Source of the DNA: an uncultured virus (IMG/VR IMGVR_UViG_3300046047_000046)
Taxonomy: Duplodnaviria > Heunggongvirae > Uroviricota > Caudoviricetes > Crassvirales
Length of the DNA stretch: 64,000 nucleotides
Strand: one strand, 5' to 3'
Virus record (IMG/VR): IMGVR_UViG_3300046047_000046
Coordinates: 1-64,000 of that record
Part shown: piece by piece, positions 28,325 through 40,600 of the stretch
Layout of the letters: each line of letters begins with the position of its first letter
Position numbering within the stretch: position 1 is the first letter of the stretch
Notes under the pieces: generated by a model
Told to the model about the DNA's origin: nothing
Seen by the model: only the letters and a program-made list of their open reading frames with translations
Database searches by the model: none
Translations under genes and position numbers: made by a program

Positions 28325-31300
28325 TTATAACTTACATCTAAGAGTATATTCCCTTGTATCAACAGACATATTATCCCATTCTACTTTGGCTTTTATTTCA
28401 CTTGCATAATCCTCTTTAATCCTATTCTTTGACTCAGGGTCTAAAGAATCCCAATTAAATAAAGCCTTCTCATGGTAATCAAGTTCCTCATCATCAATAT
28501 CTGATAACTTTTCAGCATCTGTTACTGCCTGTGTAAAGTTTTCAATATAAGAGTATCTGCCTAATGACCTCATATAATCTTCTTTTGATATTATAATAGG
28601 TATCCAAGAACCTTTACCTGTTTCAGTTAAGTATGGCTGAACTACCTTTAATACATTATTATATCCGTTACCTAACTTCATTATTATCCAAGTAGCAACT
28701 CCACCTTCTGTAGACTCTCCATCTCTAATCATCCTATTTTTTGCTTTTTCAACAAAACTTCTTATAGATGGTTTATCTATAGCATCATACTCTCTTTTTA
28801 AATCATAGGCTTCCTGCTCACTTTGTACTACTTTTATCTCTCTGAATCTTATATCATCATTGGTAGTGCTATAAGTTCCTATATTATCAGTTGCTGATTT
28901 AACTTGATTAGAATTACCTATAATATACATCCAATCAGTATCTCCATTAGAAGATTTCATTGGTTCAAAAATAGCTCCATCATATTCAGAAGCACTTACC
29001 TCACCTTTTATTGCTTTATGTGTAGGATTTTTAATATTTAAAAACACTTCATACACAGAAGCTGTATTTCCAGTTTTTAACTTATATAAATCAGACCATT
29101 TATCTATACTGTTTTTACCACCAAAGTAAAAACCGTTTCCCCAAAATTGTCTTCCTATGCCTTTTTTATCAAATTCTCTATTAAAAATATTAATACCTTT
29201 ATTTCCACTATGATAAACAACTAATGGTTCACCATTTTCATCTACTACTTTACTTGCTTCTTTAGGATTACTCTCCCAATCACCAAACCACTCCTTAAAT
29301 GCTTTAGTTCTTACGTGAACATATTGCCTTTCAGTTAAATTTGACTTTTTACCATTAGGAGCTAATAAATTACCTTCAGCATCTCTTGGAGCTTTAGTAA
29401 GAATATCCTTCATCTCTTGAGTATATTCTTCTCCCTTATTCCTATTAGTATTATTAGCTCTTGAAGTATGCACTTCTCTATTAAAATATTTACTATTATT
29501 AATATCAAAGAATACTTTATTAAGCTCTAAGTCTTTACCTCTTAGTTTATTGACAAAATTCTTAAGACTTCTCCATAGTCTTGTAAAGAAGCCTATATAA
29601 CCTTCTTCATCCTGTGTATATTGTCTATAGTCTTCTGCCAGTCTTTCCTCAAGCTGAAGTAGAGATAGATTATTACCATACTTCTGTCTTGCAGCTTTCA
29701 TAGTATAATTAATCTCATTGTCTGTCATAAGACAATTAAATACAAAGTGAAAAGCTTCATGATAAGTAGTACCTCTTGCAGCTAACTTACTTACTTCTAT
29801 AAGACCATCTTTAAATCTACCATAGGCATATCTATTCCTACTACCTTTAATCTTAATAAAACCTTCTATTAATCTTACTCTTTCATCTCTACTTAGCTGG
29901 GGTAATATTTTAGCAAGTTTTCTTTCTTCTCTTCTTATAGCTTCAAGCCTCTTAAGTTTCTCAGACTCTGTTACATTAGAATTATTTTCTTTTATCTCTG
30001 AGTATCTTGTATTAGTTAGCTGTGCTATGACTTCTGATATACTCTCTGTTTTTTCACTTTGTTTAGCACTGATTTCCCTAAGTATTTTATTTCTCTTAGG
30101 AGTTCTTAAGTTGCTTAAAGTCTGTAAGTCTTCATCAGATATATGCTCTCTTATATTACTTATTATTATATCATCAGATACAGTATTAGTTAAATTAAGA
30201 CTGTCTAACTTTGCTTCTCTACTATCAGCATTTTGAGGTACTGAAGTTAAATCCTGATTATTATTATTATTATTACTGCTGTTATTAGTACTCTCAGGTA
30301 GCAGCTTCCATTTATTATTCTCAAACTGCAAATTAGTAGGATATTCACTGCCTTTATCATCAATCAGCATAAAATTTCCATACATATTAGGACTACTATC
30401 TACAGTAAGAGTTATCCACTCATTTGTAAGAGGGTTTACATTATAACTAATTTTTGTACCTATAGTTATCTTAGAAGACTGTGCATTATTCTGACTACTT
30501 ACTTGCACTCCATTCTCTTTTACTTTCTTTAAGTTATTTTCAGCATCTAATAATTTCTGTTTTAGAGATTGCTCTTTAGAATTATTGTCATCCACATCCT
30601 TTTGATACTCTTTAATTGTTGACTCAACAATCTCTTTATTATCATAAGCAGGGTCAGAATTACCATTATTAAGAGCAGTTAATTTTTCATTCAGCATTTT
30701 TATTTGAGTTTCTCTAAACTCTATAATTGCTTTACTGTCATTCAGTGCTTTCTTAGCATCTCTTACTGTTTTCTCTGCATTAGTAAGGTCTTTATTATAT
30801 TGTTCTTTAGCAAGCTCCTCAGCAGTTTTCTGTTTTTGAGCAGTAGGATTACTTTCTGTAGATGCAATAGTTCCTGCTTTAGTATTAGTTCCTGCTTTAG
30901 TTATAGGATTGATAGTAAAGAAATCATTAACTGTATGAGAAGCATTGGCTTCTATGTTAGTCATACCTATCTCACCTATAAGATTATTATAGGCTACTGT
31001 TACTCCTCCAGAATCTTTAATTTCTCCTCCTATATTATTGAGTTCCACTTGATAAGGAATACTATGATTATTCAAATATGTCTTTATATCTTGAATATTA
31101 AAACCATCTTTAGTCTTAATGAATACCTCACCATTAATTCTTAATTTACCATTTTCTATATCAAGAAAAGTATCTGAATTATCTTCTATAGCTAATAATG
31201 ATAATAAAGTATCTTTCCACTGCATAGCATCATCTTTTCCTATGGAGTTAAGACTTTCAAGATGCTTATTAATTATCCTTGTAAGTTCAAAGTTACTATC

Positions 31301-34300
31301 ACTATTATATGCTTGCATAGTAAATGTTACAGGATAGTATCTTCTATTAGGGTCAGAAGTTCTTATAAGCAAAAATGGCTTACCAAGTTTTGCATTTAAT
31401 GGAGACATTATTATATTACTTCCATTAGCATCTTCATTCCAAGAATTATTATATATTATCTTTGCACTACCATCTTTATTTTCTCCAACAAGTATTCCTA
31501 TCTTTACTCCTGTAGGACTTATAGTATTAAGGGTATTCCTTTTATCATTCTGTATATATTTAGGAGTACCAACATATAATCCTGATATTTTAGACTCATA
31601 TCCTTCAATAGTAAACATAGCACCATCAGCTATCTTACCCTTGTTACTTGCTTCATTATATCTACTTATAGCTATATTATAGAAATCTCTAAGTCCAGGA
31701 TATTTATCAAAGGAGTTTCCATCCATATTACTTGGTAAGTCTCCTATAATATTATTCTTCTTATCAAGTATAAATATTACTACAGGAACTTCACTCTCCC
31801 CATTAAACTTTTCTTCAAATTCTTTAGATATAGCAAAGTGTACTTTAGTATCATTCTTTATAGAACTTTCTTTATCTCCTCCTTGATTAGCTCTTGTAAA
31901 TACTCCTTGAGTATTCAGGAAATCCCATAATTTAGCATAGAAACTTCTTTTCTTTTCACTTATGTCTGTTCTACCTTCTATAGATTTAGCATAAGACTGA
32001 CCACTTTTAACACCTGCAATACCTCTACTATATTGTGAAGTACCTATTTTCCAATAATTATATTTATCACTTTCAGGATTAGTAGTTAATGACTTTTCTT
32101 TATCCTTATTAGTACTAGAATTAGTTAATTCTATACTATTACTACTGTCATCTATCTCACTAATATTAGGAGTTACAACTCTATGGTCAACAGCTTTCTT
32201 CTCTGGTTCCCCTTTAACTGTTCCATTAGGATTATTCACAGGAGGAGCAGCATTAGGGTCTTTACCCTGATTGTCTCTCTCTGATTCTGCTTTAGCTGCT
32301 TCAACTTCCTTATTAAGAGCTTCAGCATTTGGCAAATCCTCTAATTCTTTCTCATCTAAATCAACAGCATTCTTTGCTCTCTCTAATGCCTCCTTGGTCT
32401 TATCAATTTTTTTCTGTGCCTCTGCTTCTGTCTCTTCTTCTATTCTATCTAATAAAGTATTCTTCTGCTCTTCTGTAAGTACAGGATTATTAGGGTCAAT
32501 ACCCTCTTTAGCATAGTAGTCTGCTGTAACTTTATTAGCTATAGCACTATATTGTTCATCACCTAATGTTTCTCTACTATCTATAGGATTAAAAGCCTGA
32601 CTGTTTAAATTGAGAGACTGCACTACATCATCACTAATAGCTACACTATTATCCATAGCTTGAGAAGCTCTTGCAGCAGTCTCAGCATCCTCATGTTGCT
32701 TTAGCTTTTCTTTAATATTTACTGCCTTTTTCCTAATCTTAAGAGCAGTTGTTATACTATTTATAATCTCATTTTCTTCAGAAGTCCTATTACTTTTTTT
32801 ATTTAAAGCATCAAGAGCAGTTTGCAGAGTATTCTCATCATACTTACTATTTAAATCTGAAGGTAACATACCTGACATATTATCATTAACTTCATCTTGA
32901 GTATTTTTATCCTGTGCATCTTTAGCTGCTTTTGCCTTAGCTTCATCTACTAATTCAGGATTATTCATATACTCAACATAAGTGCCCCAGAAAGTATGAG
33001 AATCTGCTCTTAAAGCCCCTGCATCATTAAGATTACCAATAGTATTATTAATCTGTAATTCAGATTTGCCAGCTTTTCTCATACCATCTATAAGTTTTTT
33101 ACTAAAAGAGTCTGCTCCTTCCTTAGTTGCTGTAGCACTAAAGTATATACCTGTAATATCTTTTGTATTAAGCCCCTTTGTATCTATAGCTGCAAATCCT
33201 TTAGGAGTACTTTTATCATCTATAGTAACTCTACCTTCATCTATACCATATGACTTAGCTATTTTATCAGCTGTATCACCCTCTTCAGCCTTAACAAATA
33301 GAGAACTAGGAAAATTACTCTTCTCTGCCTCCATTATACTATCTATTCTCTTATTATCAGCATTAGACATGTGATATAAATATGTAAGATTATCCTCTTG
33401 GTCAGTAGTAAGCTTTCCATGAGTCATAGCATTAACATCTTTCATAGCATTTAAATAAGAATCTACTTTCTCATTAAGAACTTTTGAATTTCTTGAAAGC
33501 TCCTGCCTTATATCATCATTAGTATATTGACTTCCTGTTTTCTCATTTATCTTTCTTACATTATCCTCATTTACATAAGTACCTATATAAGTATCTCTGT
33601 TCAAATCTACCTCACTATAAGTAGGTTCTTGAGTTTTTAATTCTTTAAGAGCTTTCTTTGCTATATCAAGATTTCTTCTTATCTGTTTTCTTTCTTTCCT
33701 TGAAAGACTACTGCCTTCATTAGTCTCTCTATACCTATTATCATCTTCCCCAGTATTATCATCAGCATTACTTTCAGGGTTTTCTCCTCTAAGCATTGCC
33801 TCCATTCTTGCTATCTTCTTTTCAAGGTTATCTCTTCTTGAATTATATGCTGTCACATTTGCCTTCTTTTCAGCAGAGGTAACTTTTCTAGTACTCTTAT
33901 CTATAAGATTCTGTATATCTTCATCAGACATATTCTCTGAATAAGCACTATACATAGCTTTAAGGTCATCAATCTTACCTGCTCTTGCAAATGCCTGTAT
34001 AGTTGCTGCTACTTTCTTCTCATCTTCATCCTTATATGTCTTTTTATCATTATTGTCAACAGCATTATTCTGCCTTGCTTGATGATAAGCCTGTACTCCT
34101 AAGTCAAGTAATGTTTTATTAAAGAAGTCTTCTTCAGAAGTTATGCTGTTTAATGCCTCTGCATTAGTTTTAGCATTCTTCATTCTTCTATTATAATCCA
34201 TTACTTTTTGAATAGAACTTCCCTCCCAAGATATATATCTTCTTGGGTCTAACTTTGATTTAGTTTTATCCTGATTAAACACCTTAGTAGGCATACCCAT

Positions 34301-35848
34301 ACCTATAGCACCTGTTAAAGCACCTACTGCAAATTGCTCCCATTGATTAAAATCCCCCCAAGACTCATTAAAGCCTTTACTAAAAGCACCTACAGCAGAT
34401 GCTGCTGTCTTTACACTCTCAGGGTCTAGTCTTGCTCTCCAATAGTCATTAGGGTCTTCTCTATGATAATAATCACCAACACCACTTTGAATCCATTGCT
34501 GATTCATTTCTTCAGCACCTTCTTTAACAGGATTAACTAAAGCTGCTCTTACTCTTGGTAATGGTAATACTGCCTTTGCACTATAATTAAATGGATTTTC
34601 AACAGCAGTTCCTGCTCCTGCTTTAGCAGTAGCTTCTTTTGTAGTTCCACTTATATCTTTAACTCCTGCTTTTATAAATCCAGCTCCTTCTGCTTTATTA
34701 GTAGCTGCCGTTATTTTAGCTGCACTTTCATAAGATTTTGAGAAAGCCTTACCAAACTGAAGCAAGTTACCAAATGTTAATAGTGGTATATTAAGTGCCA
34801 TAATTCTATTACCCATTTTCCTACCATCTTCAGCTATCTGTGCTTTACCTGCCTGTAGTTCTTGCTGTAATTGGTTTTGTGTATTCTTGAATTTCTCATA
34901 TGCAGGGTCATAATACCTACCATCTCTTCCTCTTACAAGATTACCTTTAGTAGCATTATACTCTGCCTGTGCTGCATTATATTTAGAATATATAATGTCT
35001 TCAAGCTGTGCATTGTTAAGTTTGACTTCACTGTCTACACCTTGTTTAGCTTCAATAGCACCTTCACCAGCAGCTGAAAATACTGAACTTAATAAAGTAG
35101 AAGTAGTCTTAGCTATCTTACCTGCTTTAGAAGCTGCATTAAGAAGTCCTGTAGCCTTTGAAATAAGACCAAGACCTCCTGCAAAAGTACTTCCTGAAGC
35201 TGCTGCACCTAACATAAAGCCAGCATTTTTTATAACATCATCTGCCCAGAAACTTGTAGACAGTAAATTATCTGTACTCAGCCATGAAGCATTTTTCTGT
35301 TTTTGTGTTCTATAATTAGTAAAATTATTTTCAAAATAATTATCTACATCTGTTAAAGCCTTGGAAGCTTCATTATCCCATAGTCCTGACCATCTTCCTT
35401 CACCTATAGCTGTAGGAATACCTACAACTATATTAGAAAGACCACTTAAGAAAGTAGTAAGAGCTGTACCTCCCATCTTAGCTATACCATTAGCTATTTG
35501 ATTTATACCTGATTGATTATTAGCTCTTATATCACCTAAGCCTTCCTCTGTAAAGTCAGTGTCTGTAGCTGATGGATTATCAAACTTACTTTGACCCCAA
35601 GACCTATTAGTTCCAGTAAGTGGTGAACTTATTCTAGTATCTCCTACAAGACTAGGGTCACTTGTAGTTATATAATTATTTGGGTGATTTTTAATTATCC
35701 AATCATTAATAGAATTTATTGTGCTGTCATCAGGAACTGCCTTCTGATAAGCTTCATTATTAAGAGCCTGAAGTTGTCTATATCCTTCAGGTCCTTGCTT
35801 AGTTATATCAAAATTAACACTTGCTTTCTGTTTACTCTTTCTAGGCAT
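28325..35848 (-). CDS. Giant ejected polyvalent protein with zincin and ADP-ribosyltransferase-like domains
   Basis: 2507 aa; Gly/Ala-rich hydrophobic helices near the N-terminus; YHEAFH...EERLAE zincin; FKEWFGDW...GEPLVVYH...GFYF...FLNIKNP...NQVKSATDN. Confidence 0.8.
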   Translation of the reverse strand: MPRKSKQKASVNFDITKQGPEGYRQLQALNNEAYQKAVPDDSTINSINDWIIKNHPNNYITTSDPSLVGDTRISSPLTGTNRSWGQSKFDNPSATDTDFTEEGLGDIRANNQSGINQIANGIAKMGGTALTTFLSGLSNIVVGIPTAIGEGRWSGLWDNEASKALTDVDNYFENNFTNYRTQKQKNASWLSTDNLLSTSFWADDVIKNAGFMLGAAASGSTFAGGLGLISKATGLLNAASKAGKIAKTTSTLLSSVFSAAGEGAIEAKQGVDSEVKLNNAQLEDIIYSKYNAAQAEYNATKGNLVRGRDGRYYDPAYEKFKNTQNQLQQELQAGKAQIAEDGRKMGNRIMALNIPLLTFGNLLQFGKAFSKSYESAAKITAATNKAEGAGFIKAGVKDISGTTKEATAKAGAGTAVENPFNYSAKAVLPLPRVRAALVNPVKEGAEEMNQQWIQSGVGDYYHREDPNDYWRARLDPESVKTAASAVGAFSKGFNESWGDFNQWEQFAVGALTGAIGMGMPTKVFNQDKTKSKLDPRRYISWEGSSIQKVMDYNRRMKNAKTNAEALNSITSEEDFFNKTLLDLGVQAYHQARQNNAVDNNDKKTYKDEDEKKVAATIQAFARAGKIDDLKAMYSAYSENMSDEDIQNLIDKSTRKVTSAEKKANVTAYNSRRDNLEKKIARMEAMLRGENPESNADDNTGEDDNRYRETNEGSSLSRKERKQIRRNLDIAKKALKELKTQEPTYSEVDLNRDTYIGTYVNEDNVRKINEKTGSQYTNDDIRQELSRNSKVLNEKVDSYLNAMKDVNAMTHGKLTTDQEDNLTYLYHMSNADNKRIDSIMEAEKSNFPSSLFVKAEEGDTADKIAKSYGIDEGRVTIDDKSTPKGFAAIDTKGLNTKDITGIYFSATATKEGADSFSKKLIDGMRKAGKSELQINNTIGNLNDAGALRADSHTFWGTYVEYMNNPELVDEAKAKAAKDAQDKNTQDEVNDNMSGMLPSDLNSKYDENTLQTALDALNKKSNRTSEENEIINSITTALKIRKKAVNIKEKLKQHEDAETAARASQAMDNSVAISDDVVQSLNLNSQAFNPIDSRETLGDEQYSAIANKVTADYYAKEGIDPNNPVLTEEQKNTLLDRIEEETEAEAQKKIDKTKEALERAKNAVDLDEKELEDLPNAEALNKEVEAAKAESERDNQGKDPNAAPPVNNPNGTVKGEPEKKAVDHRVVTPNISEIDDSSNSIELTNSSTNKDKEKSLTTNPESDKYNYWKIGTSQYSRGIAGVKSGQSYAKSIEGRTDISEKKRSFYAKLWDFLNTQGVFTRANQGGDKESSIKNDTKVHFAISKEFEEKFNGESEVPVVIFILDKKNNIIGDLPSNMDGNSFDKYPGLRDFYNIAISRYNEASNKGKIADGAMFTIEGYESKISGLYVGTPKYIQNDKRNTLNTISPTGVKIGILVGENKDGSAKIIYNNSWNEDANGSNIIMSPLNAKLGKPFLLIRTSDPNRRYYPVTFTMQAYNSDSNFELTRIINKHLESLNSIGKDDAMQWKDTLLSLLAIEDNSDTFLDIENGKLRINGEVFIKTKDGFNIQDIKTYLNNHSIPYQVELNNIGGEIKDSGGVTVAYNNLIGEIGMTNIEANASHTVNDFFTINPITKAGTNTKAGTIASTESNPTAQKQKTAEELAKEQYNKDLTNAEKTVRDAKKALNDSKAIIEFRETQIKMLNEKLTALNNGNSDPAYDNKEIVESTIKEYQKDVDDNNSKEQSLKQKLLDAENNLKKVKENGVQVSSQNNAQSSKITIGTKISYNVNPLTNEWITLTVDSSPNMYGNFMLIDDKGSEYPTNLQFENNKWKLLPESTNNSSNNNNNNQDLTSVPQNADSREAKLDSLNLTNTVSDDIIISNIREHISDEDLQTLSNLRTPKRNKILREISAKQSEKTESISEVIAQLTNTRYSEIKENNSNVTESEKLKRLEAIRREERKLAKILPQLSRDERVRLIEGFIKIKGSRNRYAYGRFKDGLIEVSKLAARGTTYHEAFHFVFNCLMTDNEINYTMKAARQKYGNNLSLLQLEERLAEDYRQYTQDEEGYIGFFTRLWRSLKNFVNKLRGKDLELNKVFFDINNSKYFNREVHTSRANNTNRNKGEEYTQEMKDILTKAPRDAEGNLLAPNGKKSNLTERQYVHVRTKAFKEWFGDWESNPKEASKVVDENGEPLVVYHSGNKGINIFNREFDKKGIGRQFWGNGFYFGGKNSIDKWSDLYKLKTGNTASVYEVFLNIKNPTHKAIKGEVSASEYDGAIFEPMKSSNGDTDWMYIIGNSNQVKSATDNIGTYSTTNDDIRFREIKVVQSEQEAYDLKREYDAIDKPSIRSFVEKAKNRMIRDGESTEGGVATWIIMKLGNGYNNVLKVVQPYLTETGKGSWIPIIISKEDYMRSLGRYSYIENFTQAVTDAEKLSDIDDEELDYHEKALFNWDSLDPESKNRIKEDYASEIKAKVEWDNMSVDTREYTLRCKL

Positions 35849-35890
35849 AATTATAAATTATTACTATTATTAATATATTGTTCCATGCAG

Positions 35891-37690
35891 TTAATTATTC
35901 TGACTGCTATCTTCATTATTCAAATCAGAATCATCACTATAGTCAAGATTTCCTGAAACAGTATTATCATAATTGATAGTCTTCATACCTGACTCAGGAT
36001 TTACAGTAGCTGCTTGCTGATTAATATACATTTGATTTATCTTAATTGCATTATACAGGTATTCTTTCTGCTTAGGAGTTAAGTTTTTATTTTTAAATTT
36101 ACTAAGTAAATCATTAGCTGTATCAGCATAACTATCAGCTCTGTTATAATTAAATATATTCATAGCTCTATTAACAGGCAGATAAATAGAAGTATTATCT
36201 TTTAGTTTAACTTCTATAGCATCACCATGTTTCTTACCACCTATAATATGTGTAGTAAATGTAGCTCCATCTAATTTATCTCTGCTTATAGTACCTGTCT
36301 GCTTAAAGTATCTCTTACCATTTTCATTGACATACTCCATAGTAGGAATATCCCCACTACCATGATAAGCTCCTATATAAGTATCTGCAAAATCTTTTCT
36401 ATTAGCTATTCCTACTCTATAGGCAATGTCTCTATTAGCATTTAGTCTGCCTCTATTAATAGATTGTTCAAACAGTAATCCTACTCTTCCTGGACCTGCA
36501 ATTCTACCATTTTTATTAGCTTTCATAAATTTACCTGCACCTATACTATCTATATATTGCTTAAATAGATTGGGCTGTTTAACTGGAACTACATTACCAC
36601 CATATAAAACCCCATTATATTGGGTTTGCTTAGCATTATATAATTTTATTCCTGCATTATTTATATAATAATGACCATTAGCTCCTTTAGTAAAGTATTG
36701 TTTATATTTATTAGCAGCTGCATCTAATTCTTTAACCTCTGCTGGAGTATATAAATTCATAGGGTTTGCATCCTTACCTGAGAAAGTATTTTGATTACTC
36801 AATTGTGCTGCCTGTTTTTGTTCATCAAGTCTATACTGATGCTGCTGTGCTGCTAATGCAGACTGCATATTATATCTATCCTCATAATCCTTATACTGTG
36901 TAGTACCTATTCCTTGAAATAAACCTGCATTAGCCATACTGTTTACAAATGGCATAAGTTCCTGCTGCCTTGCCTCACTGAAATTACTTATACCTGAAGA
37001 CTTAACAGTTATATCCCTCATACCCTGAAGAGCTTTAACTATACTTGGATTACCAGATGCCATACCATCATTAATAGCTGCAAGTACATCCTGATAAGAA
37101 GCACCATTTTTAAATTTACCCTCATATTGAAATGGGAATATCTCTTTAAGTTTATCTGGATGCTCTGTAAGGTCTTTAGCAAATGCAGCTGCCATAGATG
37201 CTGTCTGTGACATAATCTGCTTACCGTCAATAGAAGTATAACTAAGAGAAGGATTATCTATATAATCATCAAGACTTGTTGTAGAGGCATCCCTACTTGG
37301 TCTTATATAAGGATTAACAGCATTAGCTTTCCTTTGTTCCTCAGCTTCTTTAGCTCTCTTAGTAAATGCTTGCTCTATAGGAATAATATACTTTGAATAA
37401 TCTGATTTCATATTCATAAGAGAAGCCCTACTTAAAGGAGTAAGACCATTTTTAGCCAAATCATCTGCCTGTGCCTTTAATGAGTTTGAATAGTTCTTAT
37501 ACATAGTATAAGCATTGTGGTCTGTCTGCTCATTAGCCATATTCTCCCATATATTAGCTTTAGTGGCAAGTTCACTATATTGATTTTCAATATCCTGATG
37601 TGCTTGTGTAGCTCTTAATACTGGGTCTAACATTTCTTGATAAGAGAAGGGCTGAAATTGAGAATTAATTACTAAATTATAATTACTCAT
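35891..37690 (-). CDS. Putative ejected/cargo virion protein
   Basis: 599 aa, helical; lies between the cargo gene and the giant ejection gene. Confidence 0.6.
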   Translation of the reverse strand: MSNYNLVINSQFQPFSYQEMLDPVLRATQAHQDIENQYSELATKANIWENMANEQTDHNAYTMYKNYSNSLKAQADDLAKNGLTPLSRASLMNMKSDYSKYIIPIEQAFTKRAKEAEEQRKANAVNPYIRPSRDASTTSLDDYIDNPSLSYTSIDGKQIMSQTASMAAAFAKDLTEHPDKLKEIFPFQYEGKFKNGASYQDVLAAINDGMASGNPSIVKALQGMRDITVKSSGISNFSEARQQELMPFVNSMANAGLFQGIGTTQYKDYEDRYNMQSALAAQQHQYRLDEQKQAAQLSNQNTFSGKDANPMNLYTPAEVKELDAAANKYKQYFTKGANGHYYINNAGIKLYNAKQTQYNGVLYGGNVVPVKQPNLFKQYIDSIGAGKFMKANKNGRIAGPGRVGLLFEQSINRGRLNANRDIAYRVGIANRKDFADTYIGAYHGSGDIPTMEYVNENGKRYFKQTGTISRDKLDGATFTTHIIGGKKHGDAIEVKLKDNTSIYLPVNRAMNIFNYNRADSYADTANDLLSKFKNKNLTPKQKEYLYNAIKINQMYINQQAATVNPESGMKTINYDNTVSGNLDYSDDSDLNNEDSSQNN

Positions 37691-40600
37691 GCTTGTTTCC
37701 TCCCTCTTTTATTATTAATAGTAAGGTATCCTCCATTACTCTTTTTACTTTTATTTTTAGCTTTAAGATAAGCATTAGCTTGCTTTTTAAGAGCTTCTGC
37801 TTTAGCTTTATAAGTTTGTCCTCCATTAGCAGTAGGTGCATACATTAATGCACGGTTTGCTGTAATCATATTCCTTGCATAGTTTTCTCTGCCTATATTA
37901 CCCATATTATTAAATAAATTAGTAAGATTAGCACTTCTTCCTGCTGAGGCTCTATTAAATATATCATCTCTTAATTTAGCAGACTGCAAAGCAGCATTAA
38001 CTCTAAGCTCATCATTCTGTTTATTAGCCATCTGTGCTTTAAGACTGCTCTCAGAGTTAAACTCATTAGTACCTCTATTGAAAGTTCCTACATCCTCTCT
38101 CTGTTTAAGATTATATTCTTCTGCCTGTCTTGCAAGGTCTCCTAATTGATTCTGTGCATTATAATCAGCAGCAAGAATACCTGCTGTAGCTGTAGCCCTG
38201 TTACCATTAGAAGCATTAACTACTCCTCTTCTTGTAGCTCCTGCCTGTGCATTAAGTTTATTAATATAATAATCTCTGTCAAATGGATTATATTGTAAGT
38301 AATTTCCTACAGGAGTTGCTGATACATTTGATAAATGATTTACTGAATTTGCTATTATGTCTGCATTAGTATAATCAGGTTTATTAGTCCATCCCATAGC
38401 ATCAGAGAATACACCTAATGCAGAGCCTACTACTGGTGCATATCTCATCCATGTAGGCTCTAAGTCTTGAGTATAAGGTTCATCTTCTTCCTTACTATTA
38501 TTATTATTATACTTAATATTATCCTCTATAATACCTGCTCTGCCTTCAGGATTACTAAGATTAGTAATATTACCCATAATAAGTTTTGTTTCATTTGCCT
38601 TATCTGTAGTATTTGCTATATCCTTAGATATATCATACCCTGCTTGTGCAGCAGAATTTTTATCCCAATATATATTTCCAGCATCATCCTTAAATACATT
38701 TATCTTAGGGAAAGCAGACTTTTCAGAAAAACTTGGTGTTAAATGGGCATATCCTTGCTTATGGTCATTTCTAAGGTTATTATATAAAGTATTAAAGTTT
38801 GAAACTCTATTACCTTTAGAATCAAGAAGCATGTTGTTCCCTAATTTATTATTAAGATTATTTATATATGCTCTTGTATAGTCATTATCATTATTTAGTA
38901 TATAGTTTGTAAATGCTTGATAGTTACTACTATTCTCCATATTCTGCACATCATTAACAGATTTATTGCTATAATAAGGAACATAACCAACATTAATACT
39001 ATTATCAAAAGCAGGATTCACATTATTCCAGTCTACAACATTATAATTGTTACCATTATAATAAGCAGCTTTTTCTTCAGGTGTCATAAACATGTTTCTG
39101 TCAGTATTTCTCATAAAGTCTGAAGATGTAAAGTGTAGTTTTTTCTTATTACCACCACCTAAAAATAAATTACCACCAAAGCCAAACTGAGGTTCCCTAT
39201 TATCAGACTGCATATACTCTTGAGGTACTTGCAAACCTTGCTGCTCTTGAGGATTACCTTGTTGAGCCTGTTGAGCTTGCTGCATCTGTTGTCCTTGCTG
39301 CATTATAGCTAACTGCTGTTCTTTAGGTAATCTCCTGAACTGATTAAGCTGTTTAGTCTGCTTTAAGTCTTCCTGTGAAGTTTGCAGTCTGTCCATATTA
39401 TCTTTAAGACCTGCCTGACTAATAGGGTCATTAGGTCTTTCTTCAGATTCTCTACCTAATAATTCAGCTATATCTGAGAAAGATTTTCCTATATACTTAT
39501 CAGGAAGCTGCCCTGCTTTAAGGGAGTCTTTAGTAGCTTTAAGTCTATTGCTGTAAACATAATCATTATATACAACCTCATCCTGCTCTACTAAATTAGG
39601 TACTCCTTGATTATCTACGCCCATCTGAACTCCCTCATTAGGGTTCTGTTCATGAGTTCCTCCAGTACCTATATTAAGTAATCCTGTAGGAAAATCACCA
39701 CCATTAACAGATAAATCACCACCAAAAGCCTTTTTATGATTCCATTTAGCTGCATTCTGTGCAAATATTGCTCTCCTCCTTGTTAGAGCATTCTTACTAT
39801 GAGTAAGTTCTTCAGTTGATTTTCCTGTAGCTTTTTTAGTAGCATTAAACTTACCTCTATTAGCAGGATTAATATAAATGGAACCTCCATTAGAGAGAGT
39901 ATTTGAAGTATTTGTAGCACCAAATGAATTAGGCATAGAAGTTAATTTACTCTGGTTGAGAGTATTAAGTCTTTGATTAGCTAATTGCTGCATTGATAAA
40001 TCATATCCTACAGCACTATTATTATATCCATATCCTCCTAAAGGACCTCCATATGCTGAATAATTTGCCATCATATTTAAATCATTATTATAGTCTGAAT
40101 TATTTACTGCATTATTAAATAATAAAGAGGCATTTGATCTGGCTACATTCTGTTGATTTCTAAGTCTTTTATATGTATTACTTGCCTTATTACTGAATAT
40201 ACCATCTCTACCTATATTCTTTTTAGAGAAGTCTGAGCCAAAATTAATACTATTCCAACTATTAGCTAAGTAATTTGTATCACCTTCTCCTATGTTTAGT
40301 GTATTAAGTGAATTATTATTACTTTTAATACTATCTATCTTTTCAGTATTAAGGTTAGCTCCAAATAACTTATTAGTAAGTCCACCAACAACCCCTGAAC
40401 CTGCTTTAATAGCAGCTCCTATAACTTGACCACCAGGAATCATACTTACTATATTCCCTGCTGTACTTCCTATACTATTAATAGTAGACCCAGCTTTTGA
40501 ATCAAGTCCATCACTTAAAATACTATACCCTGCTGTACCTACTGCCCCAGATAATGCACCTAAATTATCAGAACTTAAACCAAATATGCTACTCCCATCA

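Noticed and set aside
30868..30901. 18-bp-period repeat (TKAGTNTKAGT), and Ser/Gln/Asn tracts near 30255, 39250 and 40650
   Set aside because: Ordinary in-frame low-complexity linker sequence
15703..35848. Convergent orientation of the giant genes as a recent inversion
   Set aside because: No recombinase or flanking repeats; a clean bidirectional terminator sits at the junction, and I recall a similar layout in crAss001-like phages
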